A DNA stretch of 63,960 bases, counting the filler, from Reticulomyxa filosa (taxonomy: Eukaryota; Protista; Foraminifera): assembly GCA_000512085.1 (NCBI GenBank). It is 21 parts of 21 records of this genome, joined end to end, with 100 filler letters (N's around TTAATTAATTAA, not from the genome) between each part and the next. Parts side by side here need not be neighbours in the genome. Positions count along the whole stretch, not along the records: positions 48,381 to 51,879 come from ASPP01019692.1; positions 51,980 to 52,989 come from ASPP01001450.1; positions 53,090 to 56,965 come from ASPP01014146.1; positions 57,066 to 62,697 come from ASPP01027076.1; positions 62,798 to 63,960 come from ASPP01010105.1; 16 more parts are not named here. One strand, 5' to 3'. This document shows, in pieces, positions 51,335 to 63,960 of the stretch. The position numbers were made by a program, and so were the translations under genes. The notes under the pieces were generated by a model that ran no database searches, was not told the DNA's origin, and saw only the letters and a list, made by a program, of their open reading frames with translations. Every line of letters starts with the position of its first letter. Positions within the stretch are counted from its first letter, which is position 1.

Positions 51335-51684
51335 TAACTGCAATTGAGATTGTGACTCTGGAGAATGTAGAACAAGTGATAATAGATTGACACTCAACTT
51401 ACTTTTTTTTATTTTTTTTCTTGTTTGTTTAAACAATGAATAGAAACAAGAACAAAGAAATTCAGTGAACAAAACTAATGTAAATAATAAAAGTATATAA
51501 AAGGAAATGGAATAAATAGAAGTTGGAGAAACAAACCAGGAATTAATTTGTAAGAATAATGCAATAATGAAATTTGTTTAACATCAAAAGCCAGATTGTC
51601 AATATGGATAAATATTGTATTTGATAATATTACATTTATTTCAAACAAGACAACAATTACATTAACTATCAAAGCAATGTTCTA

Positions 51685-51879
51685 CAGTAGGTTGCAAAAA
51701 AAACTGAACACCGAAAATGCCACCTTATGAAGATGATAGATTTTCTTAATAAAAAATAAACATTTAAAACTAATTTTAAAAAAAAATATCTACAAGTCTT
51801 GTAGTTTTTAAATATGATGTTGATTTTTGAATAATTTTTTTTTTAGGTTGGAGAAAGATATCATTCTTTCAAATGATTT
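51685..51879 (+). mobile_element. Terminal inverted repeat of the Tc1-like family (copy 3), cut by contig end
   Basis: TA at 51683-51684, then CAGTAGGTTGCAAAAAAAACTGAACAC...CACCTTAT...AATATCTACAAGTCTTGTAGTTTTTAAATAT, collinear with the TIR of copies 1 and 2. Confidence 0.8.
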
Positions 51880-52948
51880 NNNNNNNNNNNNNNNNNNNNN
51901 NNNNNNNNNNNNNNNNNNNNNNNTTAATTAATTAANNNNNNNNNNNNNNNNNNNNNNNNNNNNNNNNNNNNNNNNNNNNAGGTGCTTGTTTTACAATATT
52001 TTCCTTTTATCAATTCAACAAATTACATTCTTCCACGCTAAAAAAAAGGCACAATCTCAGGTCTTTCAAGTTAAAAGAAAGCACATAGTTCTAAGAAATA
52101 GAACACAGTACTCAAACAAGAACACAATAACAAAAGAAAGGCACAAATGGTCCAATCAATAAAGTTAATCAGTTGAGGTTGAAATTTGTCTTGAAAATAA
52201 CTTGAAATTGTTTAAATTTTCCTATTGATATCGATAACAAACGTTGTTGCTGCATTGACAGCTTTGATTCTGATGTCTAGTTTCAACGTTCGATCTCCAA
52301 CAATAAAATATTTTATTGACAGGGTAATATATTGATGTCTAGAAACAATTCTTGGACATTTGTCCATTAATTGCGACGTAATTCTTGATACCGCAAACAT
52401 CTATCAATAACTTCTAGACAGTATCTTCTTGTTTACTCAAATACAATTAGGAAACTTGATCTTTGGATATCAATTATTCAATCCAACTTTGCCAGTGACC
52501 AACAGACAAATGACAGACGATACCGGCATCCAAGCGATTCACTGCAATGTGATGTGATTCGCAAAACAAAAGAAAATCTTGGTATCAAATTGACAAGAAA
52601 GGAAGATGCATTTCTGAAGAAGGAATCTAAACATATTACCATTAAATCAAATGCGCACAGGCAACCAATAATTTTTCTTATACTGATGTTGACAAAGGAT
52701 AAAGATCAAATGGAAATGAGACCAATAGAAAGATGAATAAAAGAACAACACTGATTAAAGGCTGCTTTTTTTTTATAACAAGAATGAGATCTTATCCAAG
52801 TTAAAATGAGCACCTCGTCCCAAAAGGGACACAGTACTCTAATGAAAACAAACAAAAAAGGAAAAGATCAATAAAACATATCAAAAATTCACACACAATT
52901 AACAACAAGTGAAAAAAAATTTTAAGTTTTAATTTAATCTTTAAAATA

Positions 52949-52989
52949 CAGTAGGCTGCAAAGAAAACTGAACGCATAAAACGATATCA
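52949..52989 (+). mobile_element. Tip of Tc1-like TIR (copy 4), cut by contig end
   Basis: TA at 52947-52948, then CAGTAGGCTGCAAAGAAAACTGAACGCATAAAAC. Confidence 0.75.
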
Positions 52990-53178
52990 NNNNNNNNNNN
53001 NNNNNNNNNNNNNNNNNNNNNNNNNNNNNNNNNTTAATTAATTAANNNNNNNNNNNNNNNNNNNNNNNNNNNNNNNNNNNNNNNNNNNNTTTTTTTTTTT
53101 TTTTTATGATCTCACGTATTTCTCCAACAACAAGGCCAATAATAATAATAATAAAAAATAAAAAATAAAAATGTATAG

Positions 53179-54925
53179 ACAAATCTGAACTGTCAAACTT
53201 ACCAAAGAAACTAAGAGATTGTATGTACCCTTTCCAAAAAGAAGGATTTGCTTTTGCATTGTCAAAATCCGGACGGTGTTTGATTGCAGATGAGATGGGC
53301 TGTGGAAAAACAATCCAAGCAATAGCAGTAGCATATCATTATCAAAAGTATTGGCCATTGCTTATTGTGACTCCATCATCCTTGCGACTGACATGGAAAT
53401 CCGAGCTGATGAAATGGTTGCCAGGTTGTTTGAGTGATTGTGACATTAATGTGATTTCCTCGTCGAAAGATAATGTATTTGAGCACACGACAAGTGGCCA
53501 TCATGGGCCTGCCTCGAAACTCAAGCCCATTGCAAGTGTCACCATTGTGTCTTACACAGTGTTGACAATGAAAAAATCTGAATTCAGTAACGCTCATTTC
53601 GACATTATCATTTGTGACGAGTCCCATTATCTGAAGAACTTCAAAACGCAAAGATGTAAAGTCATATTGCCACTGATTAAATCTGCACAGAAAGTAATAC
53701 TACTAAGTGGGACTCCAACAAACAATCGGCCAATGGAATTGTTCACGCAAATCGATGGATTAAGACCAGGGGAATTTATGAGCTTCAAAGACTTTACTGT
53801 TCGTTATTGCAATGGAAAAAAAGAAAAATTTGGCTGGACGGCTTTAGGAGCCGTGCATTTGGATGAACTACACGCACTGCTGACAAGGTTTCTTGTTTTT
53901 TGAAATTTACGTACTGATTTTTTTTTGTTTTCTCTTCCTGTTATTGGATTTTTTTTTTTTTTTTTTTCCCTTTTGCTATCCCTTGCACCTCGGATAGACG
54001 TGTAATGATAAGGCGTCTTAAAAAGGACGTGCTGGAACAACTTCCCGATAAAGTGCGCAGCGTCGTCGTCTTGGAAATTGACAAAAAGGCGGTAAAGGCA
54101 TTGCAAGTTGCAATCGGGCGTTTGGATAAGCAACGGGAGCGGCGAATGAAGACCGACAATGATATGGACAGAGCCGAGGAAGACGTCGTGATTGATATGA
54201 AAAGCAACAGCGAGAATGCACCTGAAATGCGAAGTGGTGCTGATGCCTTGAAAATGCTAGAACTGAAAAATGAAAATTTGATGGCCTGTTTTCGTGACAC
54301 TGGCATTGTAAAAATCCCTGGCATTAAAGACTACATTGCCGATCTGTTTGAAACCGGCGAGAAATTCTTAATTTTTGGACATCATATTCACGTGCTGAAC
54401 GAAATTGAAAATAAGGTCTCTGAATTGGCTGGAACCGCATACATTCGCATCGACGGCGACACCAAAGAAATCAAACGCAAAGAATATGTAGAAAAATTTC
54501 AAAATGACGACAAATGCAGAATTGCCATTTTGAGCATTACGGCAGCAGGGATGGGTGTCACTCTGACCAAAGCAACCACTGTCGTTTTTGCCGAACTGTT
54601 TTGGAATCCATCTGTTCTGTTACAGTGCGAAGATCGTGCTCATCGCATATCCCAAAAAGAGGTGGTCAATGTTGTGTTTTTGGTTGGCAGGGATACCTTG
54701 GACGACAGAATTTTTCCTATGATTCATTACAAACTTCAAGTGATTAGCAAAACTTTGTCTGGTAAAAATATGGATCTGAAAGTGGATTCGTACACTGAGC
54801 CTTCTCAAACCAACAATTGTACGTACTTCAATGTTGATTTTCTGCAAAAAACCGAAAGAAACGACTGTCAACCCGCATTACTTGGCGTGTTTGCAGCAAA
54901 TATGGGGAAAAAAAAATTGATGTAG
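53179..54925 (+). CDS. SMARCAL1/ZRANB3-type SNF2 annealing helicase (5' part off contig)
   Basis: Exons 53179-53887 and 53998-54925: YPFQKEG...GRCLIADEMGCGKTIQA, WPLLIVTPSSL, DESH, LLSGTP, MIRRLKKDVLEQLP, KFLIFGHH, FAELFWNP..LLQCEDRAHRI. Confidence 0.95.
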
Positions 54926-55475
54926 ATGTTTTTGTCATCGCTTCTTTTTACACTAAAAAAAATAATCTTGTTATTGCATTACGTATTTTTCATTACTTTG
55001 AAATATTATCCAGTACTTTGAAAAAAAATAATGTCTTTTGCAAACGAAAGAGTGGCAAATCAAAATAGGCGCTTGGTCCTTCAAGTTACACATTTATAAC
55101 TTGGGATTGCGCTTGTTTGACATATCATAACACCAGAATTTAAATTGTCTATACACAACATTTTTTTTAGTAATAATATTTGGTTGAACAAAAAATTTCC
55201 TTGTGTATTTATTCAAAAAACAATCCTTATATGTACTAGACCTTGACTCTGGACCCAACGAGAAATGTAAACGTATAAGCAAAATTTACGCACTACAAAC
55301 TTGAAAGGAGACAAGAAAAAACGCTTGGAAATTCATTTGGTTTCATTGAGCCAAACAATTATCTTCGGTTTGCGTTTTGTATTTGTTCGATTCAATTTGA
55401 AATATAGACAGTGTGTTTTTCTCTCAATACATACCCAAGTTGACAATATGTGTGGAAAACATTTTCGTTCAACAG

Positions 55476-56910
55476 ATGAGCGGTTGGATCCAAGTGACAA
55501 ACCTGCCGTTTCATTATGACAACAGAGAAGTTGCCAACATGTTTGGTGACTTTGGGGCAATCCGACAAGTATATGTCGAAAAGTTTCCATTGTCGCAAAA
55601 ATCAACTGGCTTTATTCAATTTTTTAATGTCAGAAACGCTCGATTAGCTGCAAGCAGTTTTGGATTATTCTAACTTCTACAAAAAAAAAAAAAAAAAAAA
55701 TACGTTGCAAAAATATAAAAGTGAATAATTGTGTTTGTATCTCTTCCGTGTGATGCACACATTTCGTTGTATAGAAAAAGATCAATCCAGAATTGGGGAC
55801 TCGATCATCGAAGTTCGAATTGTTTGGAGCAGAGAAGAAACGTTGTCGACAATAAAGGTTTCAAATTTGCCACTGTACGTACACTAATTTTGTTTGTTTG
55901 TTTCGAACAACTTTTGGTATCCCCCCCCTTTTCCTTCGATTGTTCCTTTATGTCGAAGAATCAAAGCAAAAAAAAAAAAAAAAAAAACACTTGTGCAACA
56001 ATTGAATAGAACAATGACGGAGCGAGAATTGTACGATTATTTTATACCATTTGGAGATATCCTTGACATTTGCATTGACAAAGTTGCGAGCAATCCAACA
56101 GCACAGACGAAAGTAGTCAACAGCGGCGTGAAGACACAGACAAGCGAGAGCAAATACGCGGCGTGGATTGCATTTTGCTCGTATCGATCATGCACTCCGA
56201 GCATGTCATGAGATGCATTGCTCCGTTATTACCGATTCTACCGACGAGTCCGGCTTATTTGTTTCTTTGGTCAATCCCGACTCTCGGGTCCTTTTTTTTT
56301 TTTTTTTTTTTTTTTAAAAATGGGGTGTAAGGGAGAGAAAAAAAAAAAAAATAATAATAATTGATAATAATGTCAACAGAATGTAAAGTGGAAGCGAACT
56401 CCAATTGAGTTTGTTCGCTGTGCATTGCCAATGAAACGTTCCAATCGATGCAAGCAATCACAGTTTGCCAATGGCAATGCAAACAAAATGTCGATGAACA
56501 ACCTCCCTCGTTATGTGTCTAGCTAACAACCAAACAAACAAACAAAAAAAAAAAAAAATGACTTCATTCAATTCCACCGTTTCATATGTGTGTATGTGTG
56601 TGTGTGGCACACTATACTTGGTCTGCTGTTTGACACAGAACACTGTTGTTGTCGGACGGTAATTCGAGGACATTGCCAATGCAAAGTACCAACACTTTGA
56701 AATCCACGTCGTGTGGTGGTCACACGTCGACTGACTCGCCAACATTGCCGACACATAGCAGCGTCAATCCGACCACAGCCACGCTTTCGACCCAAATCGA
56801 TACCAAACAAATGTCCGCTACTCGACTCTCTGTGCCGATACCGATAGTTTGTGCACCCCTTGGAAACAACCATGTTACAATCACAACGGCTCCATATGCT
56901 GCAAACATAA
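55476..56910 (+). CDS. RNA-binding protein with two RRM domains and Thr/Ser-rich tail (multi-exon, partial)
   Basis: IQVTNLP...VANMFGDFGAI...TGFIQF (RRM1); IKVSNLP/MTERELYDYFIPFGDI...AAWIAF (RRM2). One extra T near 56173-56176. Confidence 0.8.
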
Positions 56911-57106
56911 ATTACATAAGTTTTTGTGCATATATATATATATATATGTATATATATGTATATATNNNNNNNNNNNNNNNNNNNNNNNNNNNNNNNNNNN
57001 NNNNNNNNNTTAATTAATTAANNNNNNNNNNNNNNNNNNNNNNNNNNNNNNNNNNNNNNNNNNNNTTTTTTTTTTGATGATTTGAACAACACCAAAATTT
57101 GGACAG

Positions 57107-59191
57107 TTTGATTGGACGCCGTTTCAATGATAAAACAGTGCAAGAGGACATGAAACTATGGCCTTTCGAGGTAATCAATAAAAATGACAGGCCAAGTTAA
57201 GTGACTTACAAAGGTGTGTTATAAAAAATAATAAAAAAAGGGGATGTGTATATTTGAACAAAAACAAATATTTTTTTAAAAAAAAAAAACAGGTGAAAAA
57301 CGCATTTTTGCCGCAGAAGAAATCTTTGCAATGATTTTGCAAAAAATGAAAGATATTGCAGAGAATTATCTGGGCAAATTAATTGCTCATGCTATTGTCA
57401 CTGTTCCTGCATACTTTGATGATTCACAACGAGAAGTTATCTTCCCCCTTTTTTTTTTTTTTTGTTTCCTTTTGATGATGACGTGTTCATTATACGTATG
57501 CAAATTATTTCGACAACCTAAAAAAAAAAAAAAAAAACCGTCATAATGATAATAAACAATAATAATAATATAATAATTTTTGTTTTGGTTTGTTTCGAAA
57601 CAAATTAGGCAGTGATGGAAGCAGGAAAAATTATCGAACTGAAATCATTGCGTCTCATCAACGAACCCACGGCCGCCGCAATTGCGTACGGATTCGACAA
57701 AAATTACAATGAAAACGCCAACATCATTATCTATAACTTGGGAGGTGGCGTCTTCGACGTCAGTTTGATAAAGTTGGACGAGGGGATCCATGAAGTCGAA
57801 GCGACAAACGGAGATACGCATTTGGGAGGAAGAGATTTTGATGAACGGTTTGTTTTTTTATTTAACACTGATAGGAAGAAGGAGGGGGTCCCCACAAGAC
57901 TAAAACTTTTTGGCATAAATTTTTTTTTTTTTTTTTTTTTGGAAAGGGGACAGGAGAGGGGGGAGGAAGGGGGGGGAGTAACAAAAGCAAAGTTCTGTCA
58001 TGTGGAATGTGTGATAAATAGTGTAATGACCTATTTTATCAACCAGTTTAAACACAAGCACAATGTCGATCTGCGGCAAAACAGCCGCGCGATTGCGAAA
58101 CTGCGTCGCGAATGTGAAAAGGCAAAACACGCATTGTCCACGGCGACCCAAGTGAAAGTGGAAATTGAAAACTTGGTCGATGGAATCGATCTGAGCGAGA
58201 CATTAACCCGCACAATTTTTGAGGAATTGAATTATGATTTGTTCAAAAAAACAATCACACTTTTGGATACTCTATTGAAAAATTCTAAACTCAATAAGTC
58301 AGACATTCATCAAGTTAAAATTTTTTTTTCTTTAATGTGTATACGTATATACGTATACATATACTCACATGAAATGTATTAAAGATTGTTCTCGTGGGTG
58401 GATCAACACGTATCCCCAAAATTCAACAAATGGTAAAAGAGTATTTCAATGGCAACGAAGTGCATTGTGACACGAATCCGGATGAGGTCGTTGCATTTGG
58501 AGCAGCTGTTCATGGTGCAGCAGTGAGCGGACAAGCAAGCGACACATTGAAGAAACTATTGGTGATAGATGTGGTCCAACTGTCTTTGGGCATTGAAACT
58601 CTCGGAGGTGTGATGACGAAAATAATCGAGAAAAATTCGCCCATTCCGATAAGACGCACACAAGTGTTTAGCACATACCATCACGGACAATCGACAATAT
58701 CAATTCGGGTCTATCAAGGAGAACGTGCCATGGCTGCAGATAATAGATTGTTGGGAATATTCAACATAACCGGAATATCGCCAACTCCTCCAGGAGTGCC
58801 TCAAATTGAAGTAGTGTTTGAAATTGACGCGAATGGTATTCTTCATGTGAATGCTTTTGATAAGTTCATTGGAGATATTCGAGGTATCACTATTACTACC
58901 GATAAAGGCAGACCAACCCAGGAGGAAATTGACGCTATGCTGAAATCGGCAGCACAATCCGCTAAGGAAGACAACAAATTTAGAAACACCATCGAGGCCA
59001 GAAACGACTTAGAATCAGCCGTATACCATTTAAAAAACGAAGTGGATGATGTCATTTTGTGGCTACAAAAAAACACTGACGCAGAACTTGCTCACTACAA
59101 ACACCAACAAGAAGCCTTTGGATCAAATGTTAAGTCCATTTTAAACAATTTATTTCGACAGAGGGACTGTCGTGCTAAAGCCGTTAATTAA
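57107..59191 (+). pseudogene. Defective BiP/GRP78-like Hsp70 (5' part off contig)
   Basis: Exons 57107-57213, 57293-57435, 57609-57847, 58022-58313, 58385-59191 with [57 protein letters not shown]. In-frame TAA at 57198-57200, altered DLGGGTFD (NLGGGVFD), shortened lid, no KDEL/HDEL or EEVD. Confidence 0.8.
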
Positions 59192-60804
59192 TTACAGATC
59201 ATAAGGGTTTGTAATTGGCGGAATTTTACACAAATTTTTTATACTAACCGAAATAGCGAGATTATTCCGGTTTTTTATCAATGTTTTTTGTTGTTCAAAT
59301 TAGCGCTAATGTTTGTCAGTTTTGTGCATTGCCGTGTATCTCTTTCTTTTTTTTGATCAAATTTAAACTAACAAATTCAATTACAAATATTTTTTTACAA
59401 CGGCGGCTCTTCGCATTTTAAAAAAGTTTGGTGATAAACATCAAAATTTGTAAATCTTTATGAATAAGTGAGAGTTAAAATACTTGACAACTCAAAGATA
59501 ATCGCATCAAACACGAAGCAGGACTTACCCACAACAGCCTCTGAGTCCGCAAAAGCGCAAATTAAAATTATTCGCGCCAACACCATAACAAGTGTAAATA
59601 ATAAAATGATTTAATTTTCAGATATCCAAGTTGGATTTCATGATTGCAATTTTTAAATGCAATCCACAAAAACATTTTGTCAATGTGAAGCATATCTTAT
59701 GATAACGTTGGTCATTATTTCTTGTATTTTCGTACAAATTTTTTTTAAATATGCAATGCGCATATTAGCGTTAAGCTCACAAACTAAGTTAGCAATCCTC
59801 ATCCTATAAGGATATAGCACTTTAAAAGAAAAAGAAAAGAATAAGCCACACTGTCACAACTACATAGTTTTACAATTTATTGAAATAAAATTTTAATTAA
59901 ACAAAAATCATAATGTTCGGTATTTATTTATTTGCTTGGTTCGGTGGGCAACCATTCTGATTGACACCTTGTTGTCAGTGATCTTTGATTTCTGTGTTTA
60001 TAGAATCTTTGATTCTAAGTCTTATTGCCTTTCCTTTGTTTTCTTGACGTCGAAAATAATTTTTAAAATACTGTGCTAAAACAAAAGCATACTAAAGCGA
60101 CTGGTCCGAAGTAGATTTGGGTTGCAAAAGTAATATTGTATGAGACTTTAAATATCTGATGTTAATCAAAAACTCGTTTATCATAAACTTATGTTTTAGT
60201 TTGTACAATTTGTTCATAATGTATTATCTACTAATCTAATTTGTTAAATTTCTTAGAGAGTATAGTACATAAGCAATAAAATAAGAAAAATTTTTTTAAA
60301 AATTTTTTCTTCTAAAAAATTTTGCCAATGAAAGAAAATTGATTTTGAAATAAATATTTCAATTCTGGTTTTTTACAATGATGTAAATGTAGTCCAAAAC
60401 TCTTGCACAAGTCTCACACTGCATTTTAAAAAGAGTTTGGTGATATCAGCAATAATTTGACAAAAGAAATTGTGACACTTTTTAAATTTTCTTTTTAATC
60501 GTTTGGTATTATATTATTATGTGCATTTCAAAAGTATAATTTACTGTCTACATAGATGCAAATATAACTCGTTTCGAAATTAAAATTTTAATAGTGACAA
60601 AAATTATATTTTCAAATGTTTTTTAGTTGCAGTAAAAAGTTGAAAAGTGTTTTCTCCTTTTTTGAAGTTGCTGAGTGGCGTCGTTCGTGCACAAGATAGG
60701 AGTCAGTGTTAATATCGTTCCGGCCGAGTTGAATAAACATTTTTTTTAATCTCAAAAGTTTGGATTGTTGTAAAAACACCACTAAATAAATTAGATTATC
60801 GTAG

Positions 60805-60906
60805 TGGATATTGTAATTTGTGGATTCCAGGCTATTACCATTGGTTGAAATGGATATTGTAATTTGTGGATTCCAGGTTATTATCTTTGGTTGAAATGGA
60901 TATTGT
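60805..60906 (+). repeat. 46-bp tandem repeat, about 2.2 copies
   Basis: TGGATATTGTAATTTGTGGATTCCAGGYTATTAYCWTTGGTTGAAA at 60805-60850 and 60851-60896, partial third copy to 60906. Confidence 0.9.
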
Positions 60907-60909
60907 GCT

Positions 60910-61235
60910 GGTATTGGAGTGGTGGTGCTGTTGCTGTGGAGCCAGTCAGCCTTCAGCGCGTCAACATTGTGATTGGATCACAACAACGTATACTGTAGGT
61001 GTGCCGATGATGACGGCAAGCAAACACAGGCCACGTCGACGACCATGCGCACATCGTCGAAAGTTTGCACATTCCATCATCGAGCATTGTAATTGCAGGA
61101 CTGGTGTTAGCGTTCATTGTTGCAATGAACGCAAAATAGTCTCACCCTTTGTTGCTTTGTCAATTGAAGGGTTGGGGCTTATTTTCAGTATTTCAACACC
61201 TACGATCTCTTCACTCGGCTGACGACGGTCGTTGC
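60910..61235. repeat. Diverged dispersed repeat homologous (inverted) to ~2890-3230
   Basis: See 2890-3230: exact 14-bp match plus two more collinear blocks. Confidence 0.6.
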
Positions 61236-63960
61236 AAATAATGATACTAACTAGTTTTTGGAGTTATACGTATCTCTTTTTCTATTCTAATTTATGTTTT
61301 TTTTTTTTTTAATTTATTTGCCATCATCATAAAACGACTTATTTGTTCTGTGAATAGATTAGATATTCTGATGCTGATAATCCGTATTCGGGAATTGATC
61401 CAGTATTATTTATGTGTTATTTTTGTTATTGTAATTGTTGTTGTTGTTTTTTTTTTTTTTTTTTTGTAGTAATTTTGTGTCGTCTTTGTACGTATCACTT
61501 ACTTGCACTTGTTCTCCCTTGCACTCCTTGTTCTTTTTTTTTTTTTTAGATCACCGTTTGTAATTTATTTGTAGTTCATGTATTTTTAATAACTCTTTTT
61601 TTTTTTTTTGTTACTCCTGGTATTCATTGCTGCGTTGCATTACATGGTGATGTGGTAGCGCTATCTTTATCCTGCAGCGTATTTCTGATGGTGGCTCCTT
61701 TTTTTATGGTTATCATTGTTTTTTTATCGCGCTTGTGTCTGTAGACCAGCTGCGATGCAATGTCTGCATCATTGGAGTTATGTGTGTGCGTAAATCACTG
61801 GTCCTGCAAACAAAAGTGTCCACTCGATGTGGACAATGATCACATCAACTCCAGTTGCGTAGCTTATCTATTGGACAGCCTTATGGCTTGTGTCAACAGA
61901 TATTGATCTGCGCCTTGGGATGCATTAGTATCCCCTTTTGTTGGGTCTACAGCTATTCTAGATTCGAGTGATTATGTGTGTGCAAGCACTCAGCTATTTG
62001 TGCAGTGTCTTGTAAATCTTCAGTGGTCAATCTCCGATACTCGAATCGATAAACGACCGTCTTGGATATTCCATTCTTCGTTGGTTGCAAGTTTAGTTTA
62101 CTTATTTGCTGTGTTTTTGCTTCCTCATGTATAAATTGCATTTGCAAACTTTGGCTGTTTGGTTTTTGTATTTTGGAACAGTGGATGGTATTCATTTGGC
62201 TATTATAATGGTTCCTGATTTACCTGTTATTATTTTTAATTTTATTTTGTTTTTTTTTTTCTGAAGTTTAATTGAATTAGTGAATTAATTGTTAATTTAA
62301 CTTATAAAGTTGATAATGATACTACTCTATCACATCCGGCACATTTCATCTTTTAAATACATTTAAATTTTTGTCAAATTGTCGTTGTCAACTCTATCTT
62401 GCATTCCCTGAGATGCCTATTGAATTGTAAAATATAGCAAGAATTTAATATTTTTGTATTTAAACAAGCCAATGTTTGCACTTTCTCTTATTTTTGGAAA
62501 ATTCGTCCACAAATGAATGAAACACACATCTACATTTTTGTAACTGCGTATCTTTTCGCTGTTTGTAGAAGCTTTATTATTTCCAAATTTGTGTTTTATT
62601 ATTAGAATATCAAATGATTGTATTATCACCAAACAAGAGTATCGTATCTCTTAGAACGTGTGTTAGATTTTTTTTTTTTGGGAGTTTCATTTATATTNNN
62701 NNNNNNNNNNNNNNNNNNNNNNNNNNNNNNNNNNNNNNNNNTTAATTAATTAANNNNNNNNNNNNNNNNNNNNNNNNNNNNNNNNNNNNNNNNNNNNGTT
62801 TTTTTAGATGTTGATATTGTCATTGTTCCAATCAATACATTGACTCACTTTTTTTGTTGTTGTTGAAATATGCAATTTTCAAAAAGTAATTTTTTTTTTT
62901 TTTTTATGCGTTTCGTCTTTTAACCATCTTTTTTTTTTTGATCCAAAAAAAAAGAGGCACAAAAACATCATTCATGTACATCTGGAAACGTACATGAAAG
63001 GAGGGAAAAAAAGGTAATGATAATGATTCTCTGTTTTTGAAACTTGTGTAAGAACAAAATTGTCTGACTCTTTTTTTTGTGTAATGTGTCAGACTGCAGA
63101 GTTGCGTTGGACTAAAAAAGGTCACAAGACCAAAAAACGTGTTGGAGTAGTACCATTCCAATTAGATTTGCTTTTTCTGGGTGACCATGCTACCAAAAAT
63201 CATACCTTTTTTGTAAAGTACATTAATGTAATGGTAGTCTTTTTTTAAGAAAGTGAATACGATTAACGCCTCCACGCAAAGTTCAACACTCTTTTGTCAC
63301 AACAAATCAAAAAGAAAAAAGAAATCCTGGTCAAATATCAAAGTTTTTGCTTGATTGGCAACTATATTTAAAAATATCTCAATTTTAAACATTGACTAAA
63401 ATACGAGGAAATATTAAAATAAGTTATTTTTTTTGACAAAAATAGTTTTTTCAGACTACGCTGCAATACTATCTCAGGTAACTAATTTCTCTTTTAAAAG
63501 ACGGCAATCAGTTTGACTTTTTGCTGATAAATACAAAAAGAACACAAAGACATTGAAAACGACAGCTCCATCTTGCACATGAGAAGGGATTCACTGGTGT
63601 TTTACGACAAAACAAAGCAAATGAAAACAAAAAAAAAATTAAAAAAAAGGACAAGAAAAGGTAAGGTAAAGGAAAGGAAAGTTTTCTATTTTTTGGAACT
63701 TAAAAAAATGACATTAACGAAGCGATGTTGACCCCAGTACAAAAAATTTATGTGAAAAGAATTTAAATACCATTGTCACTAAAAATTCTTTGTTACCTAA
63801 GACTAGACAAGTTGGACAAAAGCTTGTCTTTTACTTTGCCAAAAAACAAAAAACCGACACTTCATTTGTGCAACTCGTTTTAAACATACATCCACAGATG
63901 TGAGGCTGATCAACACAATCAACACAGTCAACAATAAACAAAAACAAAACAAAAAAAAAA

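Noticed and set aside
51980-52940. Short ORFs 52212-52400 and 52554-52736
   Set aside because: No motif or consistent exon structure; possibly decayed sequence but unsupported.
53376-54871. Antisense ORFs over the SNF2 gene (and similar ones over LeuRS, Hsp70 and MATE)
   Set aside because: Shadow frames of real coding exons.
57198-57200. TAA reassigned to Gln (non-standard genetic code)
   Set aside because: TAA, TAG and TGA all end recognisable genes here (9645, 54925, 4366), and long conserved exons have no internal stops.
60805-60906. CRISPR array
   Set aside because: Head-to-tail tandem copies with no unique spacers and no cas genes.
2022-62797. Recurring TTAATTAATTAA motif as a CRISPR-like or biological repeat
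   Set aside because: Always centred in 44+44 Ns; it is an assembly linker. ORFs ending in XXXX..LIN are artefacts.
62798-63960. Short ORFs on the last contig
   Set aside because: Low-complexity translations with no supportable gene model.
1-63960. tRNA or rRNA genes
   Set aside because: None recognised by eye; tRNAscan-SE or Infernal would be needed to exclude them formally.

Overview
This window is not contiguous genome. It is 21 short contigs joined by 20 artificial 100-bp spacers (44 N + TTAATTAATTAA + 44 N). Twenty contigs are AT-rich, intron-containing eukaryotic DNA. Their expanded WD40 ('GWIDDFDKII'-type), Kelch-like and RING/TRAF-type families resemble the foraminiferan Reticulomyxa filosa (inference from recalled family signatures, not a search). 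Recognisable eukaryotic genes, mostly partial, encode: a SUEL-lectin protein, a dual-specificity phosphatase, several WD40 proteins/pseudogenes, an XK-family membrane protein fused to ankyrin repeats, a MATE transporter, a PIH1-domain protein, cytosolic LeuRS, a SMARCC/BAF155-type BRCT-chromo module, a Nup214-like N-terminus, a protein with a RelA/SpoT-like nucleotidyltransferase segment, a SMARCAL1/ZRANB3-type SNF2 ATPase, a two-RRM protein and a defective BiP-like Hsp70. A Tc1-type DNA transposon family missed by the ORF track (TA|CAGTA ends, ~155-bp TIRs, decayed internally deleted transposase) occurs on four contigs. One GC-rich contig (42654-44606) is bacterial: the 3' end of a type I restriction hsdR, then an RxxxxH (HEPN-like) ORF and a convergent zincin-like ORF, a candidate defence-island fragment. 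Many genes carry single-base frameshifts at homopolymers, most likely sequencing errors.
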